This document shows positions 18,709-27,264 of a DNA stretch of 34,692 nt, piece after piece. The stretch comes from Chloroflexota bacterium. GTDB taxonomy: Bacteria > Chloroflexota > Dormibacteria > Aeolococcales > Aeolococcaceae. The stretch covers positions 65,749 through 100,440 of the forward strand of contig VBJV01000022.1 in NCBI GenBank assembly GCA_005879785.1, given 5' to 3'. The number at the start of each line of letters is the position of its first letter. The first letter of the stretch is position 1. The notes under the pieces were generated by a model, which ran no database searches, had not been told where the DNA came from, and saw nothing but the letters and a program-made list of their open reading frames with translations. The translations under genes and the position numbers were made by a program.

Positions 18709-20151
18709 ATGTTCGACACGGTGCTCGTGGCCAATCGCGGCGAGATCGCGCTGCGCGTGGTCCGCGGATGCCGCGACCTGGGCGTCCGCAGCGTCGCCGC
18801 GTACAGCGAGGCCGACCGCGACGCTGCGTTCGTGCGGCTGGCCGACGAGTCCGTCGAGATCGGTCCGGCGCCGTCGTCACAGTCCTACCTGGTGGCAGAG
18901 CGCATCATCGACGCGGCGCAGCGAACCGGAGCGCAGGCGATCCACCCGGGCTACGGGTTCCTGAGCGAGAACCAATCGTTCGCGCACGCATGCCGCTCGG
19001 CAGGCATCGTGTTCATCGGGCCGCCGCCCGAGGCGATGGCGGCGATGGGCGAGAAGGTGGCTGCCCGCGAGCGCATGCGGCGATCCGGAGTGCCCGTCGT
19101 CCCCGGCACGGATGCGCTGAGCGGCGCTGACGAGGCAGTGGCCGCCGCGAACGACGTCGGCTATCCGGTGCTGATCAAGGCGAGCGCGGGCGGCGGTGGC
19201 ATCGGCATGCGGATCGCGCGTGACGAGCGCGAGCTGCGAGAGGGTTTCGAGACGGCGCGAAGCACAGCGGCGCGAGCCTTCGGCAACGACACCATCTTCC
19301 TGGAGCGCTACGTCGACGAGCCCCGTCACATCGAGATCCAGGTGCTCGCCGACACGCACGGCGCCGTGATCCATCTGGGCGAACGCGAATGCTCCGTGCA
19401 GCGGCGGCATCAGAAGATCATCGAGGAGACGCCGTCGCCGGTCATCGACGCCGAACAGCGGCAGCGCATGGGTGAGGCGGCGGTGACCGCGGCGCGGGCG
19501 GTCGGCTACGTCAACGCTGGCACCGTCGAGTTCATCTACAGCCGGGGCGAGTTCTTCTTCCTGGAGATGAACACCCGCCTGCAGGTCGAGCACCCGGTGA
19601 CCGAGCTCGTGTACGGCGTCGACCTCGTCGCCGAGCAGCTGCGCATCGCCGCGGGCGAGCCGTTGAGCCTCACCCAGGATGCGATATCGCCGCGTGGGCA
19701 TGCCATCGAGTGCCGTGTCAACGCCGAGAACTACGCGAAGGGGTTCCTTCCGTCGCCGGGGCGGGTCACCGGCTACCACGAGCCGTCCGGTCCGGGGGTG
19801 CGCGTGGACAGCGCGCTGACCGGACCTGGCGTGATCTCGCCGCACTACGACCCGCTGGTGGCCAAGCTCATCGTGCACGGCGAGTCGCGTGCTGCCGCCA
19901 TCGAACGCATGCGGCGTGCGCTGCTCGAGTACATCGTCGTGGGCATCCGCACCAACATTCCGTACCACCTCGCCGTGATGTCCGACACGGACTTCCGCGC
20001 CGGCAGCTACACGACGCATTTCATCGACGAGCATCCGCAGCTGGTCGCGGACGCCGACGCATGGGCGGAGCGGCAGGCGGCGCTGCGAAGCCTCGTGCGC
20101 GACCCGGCACGGGCCGCGGCGATCGCGGCCGCGGTTGCCGTGTCCGTGTAG
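18709..20151 (+). CDS. accC: Biotin carboxylase (PycA/AccC-like)
   Basis: VLVANRGEIA, HPGYGFLSEN, KASAGGGGIGM, ERECSVQRRHQK, FLEMNTRLQVEHPVTE, ECRVNAE, YDPLVAK; C-terminal AAAIAAAV helix like two-subunit pyruvate carboxylase A chains. Confidence 0.93.
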   Translation: MFDTVLVANRGEIALRVVRGCRDLGVRSVAAYSEADRDAAFVRLADESVEIGPAPSSQSYLVAERIIDAAQRTGAQAIHPGYGFLSENQSFAHACRSAGIVFIGPPPEAMAAMGEKVAARERMRRSGVPVVPGTDALSGADEAVAAANDVGYPVLIKASAGGGGIGMRIARDERELREGFETARSTAARAFGNDTIFLERYVDEPRHIEIQVLADTHGAVIHLGERECSVQRRHQKIIEETPSPVIDAEQRQRMGEAAVTAARAVGYVNAGTVEFIYSRGEFFFLEMNTRLQVEHPVTELVYGVDLVAEQLRIAAGEPLSLTQDAISPRGHAIECRVNAENYAKGFLPSPGRVTGYHEPSGPGVRVDSALTGPGVISPHYDPLVAKLIVHGESRAAAIERMRRALLEYIVVGIRTNIPYHLAVMSDTDFRAGSYTTHFIDEHPQLVADADAWAERQAALRSLVRDPARAAAIAAAVAVSV

Positions 20152-20155
20152 TTGC

Positions 20156-20926
20156 GTGGCCGCGCCCCGTTTCGGGCGCCTGTACGCGTCCGCGGTGCTG
20201 CGTCCGTTCGCCGAGCAGCTCATCCAGGAGACCGGCCTCCGGGACGGCAGCGTCGCGTGTGACCTGCTCTGCGACGGCGGAGCGCTGAGCGGCGCGCTCG
20301 CCGCAGCGGTCGGCCGCGGCAGCCTGGTTGTCAGCGACGTCGATTCGGCGCTGGTCGAATCCGTGGCGCGAGACCTCGCCGCCGCGAGGTGCTCGGTGCG
20401 CGGCGTGGCCTGCGACGGCCAGACCCTGCCGATGGAGAGCGCGTCATGCGACTGCGTCGCGTCGCTGTTCACCATCGGCTTCGGCGACGGGGACGCCCTC
20501 ATGCTCGAGGCGCTGCGCGTGACGCGCCCGGGCGGCACCGTGATGATGGTGCACTGGGATGCCGATGCGCTGCCAGCGCACGAGGACGCGCTGGCCGCCG
20601 CGCTCATCGAGGTCACCGGGACGCGCACCGCGTTCTTCGACCACATCGCGCCGCGCCTGCAGCTGCCGCGCGGGGCGTCCGTGAGCCGGCTTGCCGATCT
20701 GGTGCGCTTCGATGGAATCCAGCACTATTGGAATGCGATGGTGATCGAGCGAAACTTTGGCGACGAGCAGCGGCCTGTCTCGGACGACGAACTGGCATCG
20801 GTCAGAGCAATCTGCGAAGCGCGGCTGGCGCCGTACACCGCCGCCGACGGCACCATGCGCATCCCCGTAGAAGCCGCGCTTGTGCGAATGACTGCGCAAG
20901 CCGAACCTTATGATGCGTGCGCGTGA
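20156..20926 (+). CDS. Class I SAM-dependent methyltransferase-like protein with degenerate motif I
   Basis: RPFAEQL, ACDLLCDGG (motif I position), VVSDVD, CDGQTLPM..SCDCV, EALRVTRPGG; GTG 4 nt after the biotin carboxylase stop. Confidence 0.7.
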   Translation: MAAPRFGRLYASAVLRPFAEQLIQETGLRDGSVACDLLCDGGALSGALAAAVGRGSLVVSDVDSALVESVARDLAAARCSVRGVACDGQTLPMESASCDCVASLFTIGFGDGDALMLEALRVTRPGGTVMMVHWDADALPAHEDALAAALIEVTGTRTAFFDHIAPRLQLPRGASVSRLADLVRFDGIQHYWNAMVIERNFGDEQRPVSDDELASVRAICEARLAPYTAADGTMRIPVEAALVRMTAQAEPYDACA

Positions 20927-21021
20927 GCTCGAAAGACGGTGATGAGACCGACGAAGACAGTCACGCCGACTTCTACTTCGAAGGGGGCGAGCGCCGCTGG
21001 CGTTGGCCCCCCCCGACCTGA
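20923..21021 (+). CDS. Putative 32-aa small protein MSSKDGDETDEDSHADFYFEGGERRWRWPPPT
   Basis: GTGA overlap with the methyltransferase stop; TATGAT 8 nt upstream; fills the intergenic gap; own translation. Confidence 0.45.
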   Translation: MSSKDGDETDEDSHADFYFEGGERRWRWPPPT

Positions 21022-21034
21022 GAGGCGTAGGCGC

Positions 21035-23269
21035 CTAGAAGGCGACGGTGGCCGAGAAGGCCGCGGCGAGCGCCTGCCCGTCGATGTCGCGCAGCGCGGT
21101 GCTCACCGCGACCCGCAGCGGTCCGGCCGGCAACGAGGCAAGCGTGACCGTGGCGGTGCGCGAGCTGGTGTCGTATGTCGTGGATATGGGGGTGGCGACA
21201 CCGGACGCGGATGTCACGCTGATGGCGCCGGGAACGCTGCTCGCGTCGAGGTCGCTGTCGAAGCTGATCTGCAGCGTGAAGGCGCCGGTGGCGCTGCTGC
21301 TCACGCGCACGACGTGCGGCCCCGACGACTGGTCGTGCAGCGACGTCGTGTCGATGTCGACCACGAGGTACGTGGACCCGTCGGTCGAGGGCGACAGCGC
21401 GAGCCGCTCATCGGCGACCGACGCGGTGCTGTGATGCCCGGTTGGGTCGACGATCAGCTCGACGGTGGCATTCACCGTGCCGTCCGACGATGCCGAGACG
21501 CTCACGATGTACGCGCGGCTGAGGCGGTGCGGCGCGCGCGCCGAGGCGTCGACGCCGGGGCCGCTGAGCGCGGTCAGCGCCTTGCGGTCGCCACGGACCT
21601 GCGCATCGACGAACGCGTCGAGCGTGGAGCTCGCCGCGGCCGGGGCAGCCAAGCGCGCCGCCGCACTCGACCCGGGGATCATGCCCCGCTCGACCTGGGC
21701 CCCCGACGGCGTGGAGGCGATGAAACCGAAACCGCCGCCGGACGGCGCGAAGGCTGGAGCGCTTCCCGCCGGGCTCACCGCCAGGGGGGCGCCCGAAGGC
21801 AGCTGGGCAACGACCAGCTGCGCCGCGCCCGTCGATGCGGAGAGCACGTACGCAACCTCAGTGCCGTCGACGTTGAGCGCCACGTCACTGGTGGGCGCGC
21901 TCGGGTCGAGCGTCGACACGCTCGCGGGCGTGTCCCGGTCGACGGGCTCGGTGACCAGGCGGGATCCAGCGCCGCCGGCGTCGATCCACGCAACCGTGCG
22001 TCCGTCGGCGCTGAACGCCACGCCGCCGGCGGTAACGCCGCTCAGCAGCCGGCTGGTGCCTGCAGCGATGTTCAGCAGCTGTCCCCCGCCGGTCGACCCC
22101 GGGGCCGCCACGAACGCGTAGCCGCTGCTGGACAGCGCATCGACCTCACCCGATGCGGTCGGCAGGGTCAGCAGGATTCGCTGGTGGCCGGAAAGCTGGA
22201 CCGACTTGATGGCGTCGCCGTCGGCGAAGATCAGCCGCTCGTTCGACGTCCACGCCAGTGCCGTGACCGTGGTGGCGGCCTGCCCCAGCACGGTCGTGCC
22301 GCCGCCGTTCGACGCCGCCACCTCGATGAGCGAGCCACCGTCGGGGTTGGGAACCGCCATGGCCAGGAGGCTCCCTGCCGGCGCGAAGGCGAGCGCTGTG
22401 GCGGAGGGCCCGCGTACAACGGGCGCACCGCCGCCGGCCGGGAAGTCGATGACCGCGGGAATGCTGACGCCGAGCTGGCCGGCGGCGGCCGGCGACGCGC
22501 TCGGGCTGCTCGGCCGAGGCGGCGGCGACGCCTCGACGGTGGCGGCAGGCAGCAGCCCCGACGAGACCGCGACCGCGCCGTCGGGCGCCACCACGACCGA
22601 CGCGCCGGTCTCCGCTGAGCCGAGCGCTGCCGCGGCCAGTCGCGGCGGGATCGGAGTGCTCGGGCCCGGTGGTGGCGTGGGCGCGGTGCCGAAGGTGATC
22701 TGGATCGGCGCGGCGGCGGTGGCGCCCGACGACGCGCGGATGGAGGGCTGGGCGATGGTCACCGTGTACGGGGTGTTACCGACGAGATGGTGGACCGGCG
22801 TGATGACCAGCTTGTTGCCCCGCCACGAGTAGTTGACCGTGGTGGCCGGCTGGATGTGAACGCCCTTCTCGACAGCCTGGTGGTTCATGGGCTGGTTGAA
22901 CGCCACGGTGATCACATCGGCTGGGCTGACCGCGTGCTGCGCGGCGACGTTGGAGCTGGCAAAGAGGTTCTGGTGGTCCTGGGTGTGGCCGAACAGCAGC
23001 GAAACCACGGCGGCTGCGACGGCCACGACACCGACCGCAGCGCCGCTCCATGCTGCGTGGGCCGGGCCCACGCGCCACCAGGCCCGGCGCCGGCGCAGGG
23101 ACCGCTCGGCCTCGGCCATGAGATGACCGCGCAGCTGGTGACGGAAGTGCGGGTCAGCCTCCGCCAGCGGCCGCGAGGTGTGCAGCAGCCGCGCCGTGTC
23201 GGCGAGCTCGGGCTGATCGCGGAAGAGGTCCTCGAGCTCCGGGTCGAGCCAGCCGTCGAGGCGTGGCAT
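21035..23269 (-). CDS. Putative membrane anti-sigma factor with extracellular Ig-like (Big_5) and beta-propeller domains
   Basis: TGATG coupling to the ECF sigma; cytoplasmic N-terminus (DPHFRHQLRGHL), one TM helix, ITVAFNQPM...TPYTVTI Ig-like domain, AFAPAG/AFSADG/AFAPSG propeller repeats, C-terminal ISFDSDLD...ALRDIDGQAL Ig-like domain. Confidence 0.8.
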   Translation of the reverse strand: MPRLDGWLDPELEDLFRDQPELADTARLLHTSRPLAEADPHFRHQLRGHLMAEAERSLRRRRAWWRVGPAHAAWSGAAVGVVAVAAAVVSLLFGHTQDHQNLFASSNVAAQHAVSPADVITVAFNQPMNHQAVEKGVHIQPATTVNYSWRGNKLVITPVHHLVGNTPYTVTIAQPSIRASSGATAAAPIQITFGTAPTPPPGPSTPIPPRLAAAALGSAETGASVVVAPDGAVAVSSGLLPAATVEASPPPRPSSPSASPAAAGQLGVSIPAVIDFPAGGGAPVVRGPSATALAFAPAGSLLAMAVPNPDGGSLIEVAASNGGGTTVLGQAATTVTALAWTSNERLIFADGDAIKSVQLSGHQRILLTLPTASGEVDALSSSGYAFVAAPGSTGGGQLLNIAAGTSRLLSGVTAGGVAFSADGRTVAWIDAGGAGSRLVTEPVDRDTPASVSTLDPSAPTSDVALNVDGTEVAYVLSASTGAAQLVVAQLPSGAPLAVSPAGSAPAFAPSGGGFGFIASTPSGAQVERGMIPGSSAAARLAAPAAASSTLDAFVDAQVRGDRKALTALSGPGVDASARAPHRLSRAYIVSVSASSDGTVNATVELIVDPTGHHSTASVADERLALSPSTDGSTYLVVDIDTTSLHDQSSGPHVVRVSSSATGAFTLQISFDSDLDASSVPGAISVTSASGVATPISTTYDTSSRTATVTLASLPAGPLRVAVSTALRDIDGQALAAAFSATVAF

Positions 23270-23832
23270 CAGGCCTCCTCCTCGACGAGGGTCACGATGC
23301 CCAGACGCTGGCGCACGCCGATCATGCCGCGGTGGATGAGCAGCTTCACTGCCCCTTCGCTCTTGCCCATGATCCGGCCGATCTGCGCCAGCTTGAGGTC
23401 CTCGCCGAGCTTGAGGGTCATCGCCATGCGCTGCTGCGGCGGCAGCGAGTCGATCGCCGCCCACACTCGCTCGGCCTCCGAGCTGTCGACCACCCGTTCG
23501 ACCACCGGGCGTGCCGGGTCGGCGACGCCCACGGCGCCGTCGAGGCTCGACGTCGGCCGGCGGCTGCGGTAGTGGTCATAGATCGCATTCACGCTTATCT
23601 GATACAGCCACGCGCTGAAAGGATGGCCCGACGACCGGTACCGGCCGATGGCGCGCAGCGCTTTGAAGAACACCTCAGACGTGACGTCCTCGGCGGCGTC
23701 CTGGTCGCGCACGCGGCTATACACAAACCGGTAGATTTGAGAGAAATAGTGGTCGTAGAGCTCTCCGAATGCATCGGCGTCCGACTTGGCACGCTCGACA
23801 AGCTGTTCTTCGTACGCCCGAGGCAGGCTCAT
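23269..23832 (-). CDS. ECF-family RNA polymerase sigma-70 factor
   Basis: AFGELYDHY, AEDVTSEVF, FSAWLYQI (region 2); LPPQQR...IGRIMGKSEGAVKLLIHRG (region 4). Confidence 0.94.
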   Translation of the reverse strand: MSLPRAYEEQLVERAKSDADAFGELYDHYFSQIYRFVYSRVRDQDAAEDVTSEVFFKALRAIGRYRSSGHPFSAWLYQISVNAIYDHYRSRRPTSSLDGAVGVADPARPVVERVVDSSEAERVWAAIDSLPPQQRMAMTLKLGEDLKLAQIGRIMGKSEGAVKLLIHRGMIGVRQRLGIVTLVEEEA

Positions 23833-23862
23833 CCAGCGAACTCGGGCCGCACTTGACCGGGG

Positions 23863-23888
23863 AACGTGGGGCCCGCTCGGGCAGTTAC
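23863..23888 (-). promoter_or_regulatory. Candidate autoregulatory ECF promoter GTAAC-N17-CGTT
   Basis: Minus strand GTAAC (23888-23884), 17 nt, CGTT (23866-23863), 30 nt upstream of the sigma ATG; fits the AAC...CGT pattern of ECF promoters. Confidence 0.6.
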
Positions 23889-23905
23889 GTTCGACGCGGC
23901 CTCGT

Positions 23906-24712
23906 TCATCCGACCGGACGCCGCCTCGAATCGTGAAGACGGCGCCTGACCGCCATCGCTGCGCCGGGCAGGTCGGTGATGATGCCGGCCACCCTCGGGT
24001 CGCCGAGGTACCTGCGCATCCGGGCCACGCCGTTCACCGTCCACACGACAACGGGCACCCCGCGGCGTTGAGCGGCATCGAGCACGCCACGCTGGCGGCG
24101 CGCGCGCGCCGGCGGCGGCGGCGCCAGGAGCTGGTGGGGCACGATGAAGTCGGCGCCGCACTCCTCCGCCCATTCGACCGGAAGGCTTTCGAGCCTGCGG
24201 CTGCGGGCCACCATCCGGGTCGGTCCGAGCAGCAGCCCGCAGCGCACGGCTGGGTTCAGCGTCTTCACTGTCGTGATCACTCCTCCGTGAAAGGATGTGA
24301 TCAGAAGCCAGTCGAGACGAGTGCGTCTCGCGGCCATCTCCAGGACTGCGGCCTCGCAGCCGCGCTCTTTGATCTCGACATTGACGGCGATGTGACCGCT
24401 GCAGAGGCGGAACACCGCCTCCAGCGTCGGCGGCTCGTGTCGGCAGCGGCGTACCAGCTCCGCGTAGGTGAGCTGCGCGACGGGCACACGGTGCCGGGTG
24501 GCGCTGTGATGGATGACCAGCGTGCCGTCGAGCGTGCGGCGGACGTCGAGCTCGACAGCGTCCGCGCCCTGGCGTATGGCCTCGGTGAACGATGCCAGCG
24601 AGTTTCCCGGCGCGTAACGTGACGCGCCGCGATGGCCGATGATCAGCGGGCCCTCGCTGCCTGCGATCAGGGGGCCGGCTCCGACGTGGATGTACCGTGT
24701 GGCGACCGTCAC
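23906..24712 (-). CDS. Glycerophosphodiester phosphodiesterase family protein
   Basis: IIGHRGAS, NSLASF, VELDVRRTLDG, NVEIK, ITSF, VWTVN, GIITDLP. Start estimated at GTG 24712. Confidence 0.88.
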   Translation of the reverse strand: MTVATRYIHVGAGPLIAGSEGPLIIGHRGASRYAPGNSLASFTEAIRQGADAVELDVRRTLDGTLVIHHSATRHRVPVAQLTYAELVRRCRHEPPTLEAVFRLCSGHIAVNVEIKERGCEAAVLEMAARRTRLDWLLITSFHGGVITTVKTLNPAVRCGLLLGPTRMVARSRRLESLPVEWAEECGADFIVPHQLLAPPPPARARRQRGVLDAAQRRGVPVVVWTVNGVARMRRYLGDPRVAGIITDLPGAAMAVRRRLHDSRRRPVG

Positions 24713-24748
24713 CGGTGGCCCAGCTTGCCACGGATAGAATGAAACGAG

Positions 24749-26113
24749 GTGATCCCTCGGTACGCCCCGCCCGAGATCGCGGCGATCTTCAGCGACGAGT
24801 CGCGGCTGCAGGGGTGGCTGAATGTCGAGCTGCTGGCGTGCGAGGGCTGGACGACGGTCGGACGCATCCCGACCAGCGCGCTGGCGGCCTTGCGCACCGC
24901 GCGTATCGATCCTGACCGCATCGCCGAGCTGGAAGCCGAGCAGGGGCACGATGTCGCGGCCTTCGTAGCCGCAGTCCAGGAAACCGTCGGTGAAGCAGGT
25001 CGATTCCTGCACCTCGGTTTGACGTCATCCGACGTTGTCGACACGGCGCTGGGCAAGCAGCTGCGCGACGCTGCCGTGGTCATCGACAGAGACGCCGGGT
25101 TGCTTGAAGCCGCCCTCGTCGAGCAGGCCGAGCGTCATCGCTTGACGGTGATGATCGGGCGCACACACGGCGTGCACGCCGAGCCGATCACGCTGGGCGT
25201 GAAGCTTGCCAACTTCGTCGACGAGGTGCGCCGGGCGCGCCGCCGTCTGGCCGCGGCCACTGCCGACGTCGCGGTGGGCAAGCTCACCGGCGCAGTGGGC
25301 ACGCATGCGAGCGTGCCGCCGGAGGTGGAGGAGCACGTGTGCCGCGGTCTCGGCCTGGAGGTTGCTCAGGTCACGACGCAGGTGGTCGCCCGGGACCGCC
25401 ACGCGGCGTTCGTGTGCGCGCTGGCACTGCTCGGCGCGGTGCTCGAACGCCTGGCAACGACGGTGCGTCTGCTGCAGATCACGGAGGTCGGCGAGGCCGA
25501 GGAGCCGTTCAGCGAGCGGCAGAAGGGCTCGTCCGCGATGCCGCACAAGCGCAACCCCGTGCTGTGTGAGCGTATCTGCGGCCTGGCCAGGACCATCCGC
25601 GGGTATGCCGCGACGGCGATGGAGAACGTCGCTCTCTGGCACGAGCGCGACATCTCGCACTCGTCTGCCGAACGCGTGATCCTGCCCGATGCATGCGCCC
25701 TGACCGATCACATACTCCGCCTGAGCACGCGCATCGTCGCCGGACTCAATGTCGACGCCGCGCGCATGCGAGAGAACCTCGAGCGTGACGGCGGTATCGT
25801 CTTCTCGCAGGCGGTGATGACCGCTCTGGTGACCGAGGCGGGCTGGCCACGCGAGCGCGCGTACCGAGCTGTGCAGGCGCTGACGGCGCGCGCGCGCGCC
25901 GGCGAGGGCGGCTTTCGAGACCTGGTGCGCGCCGACGCCGACATCAGCGCCGCGCTCAGCTCCGCGTCGCTGGCGCGCTGCTTCTCTGTGGATGCATACA
26001 CGGCCAGCGTCGACGAGACGTATCGGCGCCTCGGGCTGGCCACGACGCCACGCGGCTCGGGCGCGGCGTCACCGCCTCACCGTGTCGAGGCAGTCGCACG
26101 GGGGGCGGCGTGA
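24749..26113 (+). CDS. purB: Adenylosuccinate lyase
   Basis: MIPRY, HDVAAF, HLGLTSSDVVDT, GRTHGVHAEP, GSSAMPHKRNP, WHERDISHSSAER. Confidence 0.97.
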   Translation: MIPRYAPPEIAAIFSDESRLQGWLNVELLACEGWTTVGRIPTSALAALRTARIDPDRIAELEAEQGHDVAAFVAAVQETVGEAGRFLHLGLTSSDVVDTALGKQLRDAAVVIDRDAGLLEAALVEQAERHRLTVMIGRTHGVHAEPITLGVKLANFVDEVRRARRRLAAATADVAVGKLTGAVGTHASVPPEVEEHVCRGLGLEVAQVTTQVVARDRHAAFVCALALLGAVLERLATTVRLLQITEVGEAEEPFSERQKGSSAMPHKRNPVLCERICGLARTIRGYAATAMENVALWHERDISHSSAERVILPDACALTDHILRLSTRIVAGLNVDAARMRENLERDGGIVFSQAVMTALVTEAGWPRERAYRAVQALTARARAGEGGFRDLVRADADISAALSSASLARCFSVDAYTASVDETYRRLGLATTPRGSGAASPPHRVEAVARGAA

Positions 26114-26997
26114 CCACGAGCGCGCTGAGCAGCGCCGAGGTGGAGGGTCTCCAGCTCTTTCGCCGCGGCAAGGTCCGCGACACGTTCCAGCTGGCCGACG
26201 GCACGCTGCTCATGGTCGCGACCGATCGCATCAGCGCCTTCGACGTGGTGCTGCCCACGCCGATCCCCGGCAAGGGCAGGGTGCTCACCCAGATGTCGCG
26301 CTGGTGGTTCGAGCAGACGCACAGCGTCGTGCCCAACCACCTCATCAGCGACGCCGAGGATGTGATGCCCGAAGCAGTGCGCGACACCTGGCGTGAACGC
26401 TGCATGCACGTTGCGCGCGCGCAGCGCATCGATATCGAGTGCGTCGTGCGCGGTTTCATCAGCGGCTCCGGCTGGAAGGAGTACCGGGAGCACGGCACGC
26501 TCGCAGGAGAACCGCTTCCCGCCGGACTGCGCGAGTCATCGCGGCTGACCGCGCCGCACTTCACCCCCGCGGTCAAACGCGATGACGGCCACGACGTCAA
26601 CATCTCGCGCGCGCAGCTGCGCGACCTGATGGGCGCCGAGCTTGCCGCGCGTCTCGAGTCGGCATCGATCAACCTGTTCGATCTGGCCACAGCGCGATGC
26701 GAGAGCGCGGGCATCTACCTCGCCGACACCAAGTTCGAGTTCGGCTTCGTCGCCGGGACGCTGACGTTGATCGACGAGGTGCTCACGCCCGACTCGTCGC
26801 GCTTCTGGAACATCTCCGAGTGGCGAGAAGGCGAGACCCCACCCTCGTTCGACAAGCAGTTCGTGCGTGACCACCTGGAGACGCTCGACTGGGACAAGAC
26901 ACCGCCTGGGCCTGAGCTCCCCGACGACGTGGTGCAGGGCACCGCGGCGCGATATCGCGAGGCGGCGCAACGCATCTGCGGAATCACCGCGACGTGA
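26110..26997 (+). CDS. purC: SAICAR synthase
   Basis: RGKVRD, TDRISAFD, IPGKG, ECVVRG, ADTKFEFG, DEVLTPDSSRFW, SFDKQFVRD. Confidence 0.97.
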   Translation: MTTSALSSAEVEGLQLFRRGKVRDTFQLADGTLLMVATDRISAFDVVLPTPIPGKGRVLTQMSRWWFEQTHSVVPNHLISDAEDVMPEAVRDTWRERCMHVARAQRIDIECVVRGFISGSGWKEYREHGTLAGEPLPAGLRESSRLTAPHFTPAVKRDDGHDVNISRAQLRDLMGAELAARLESASINLFDLATARCESAGIYLADTKFEFGFVAGTLTLIDEVLTPDSSRFWNISEWREGETPPSFDKQFVRDHLETLDWDKTPPGPELPDDVVQGTAARYREAAQRICGITAT

Positions 26998-27257
26998 CCT
27001 GGTCCGCCGAGGTCATCGTCTCGCTCAAGCCCGTGGTCAACGACCCCCAGGGCCTGGTGGTGCGCGACGGTCTGCGCCAGCTTGGGTTCGACGGCGTGCG
27101 CGCCGCTCGGGTCGGCAAGCACATCGTGCTCGAGGTCGATGCCGAAGATGAGCACAGTGCACGCGAACTGGTGTCACGCATGTGCGAGACGCTGCTGCGC
27201 AACCCGGTGATCGAGGACCACCGCATCAGCAGCCTGCGCCGGCTCGAGGACGGCTAG
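26994..27257 (+). CDS. purS: FGAM synthase subunit PurS
   Basis: LKPVVNDPQG, RVGK, MCETLLRNPVIED; between purC and purQ. Confidence 0.95.
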   Translation: MTWSAEVIVSLKPVVNDPQGLVVRDGLRQLGFDGVRAARVGKHIVLEVDAEDEHSARELVSRMCETLLRNPVIEDHRISSLRRLEDG

Positions 27258-27264
27258 TGCCCTG

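Noticed and set aside
16857-20646. Long antisense ORFs of 625 and 589 aa (similarly 4442-5674, 20939-22618, 32060-33406)
   Set aside because: Each lies fully opposite a motif-supported gene and has no recognisable domain.
24713-25012. N-terminal extensions given by the ORF track for GDPD (also the GGDEF, acyltransferase, anti-sigma and cNMP proteins)
   Set aside because: They overlap neighbouring genes; downstream starts with coupling or better context fit the domain boundaries.
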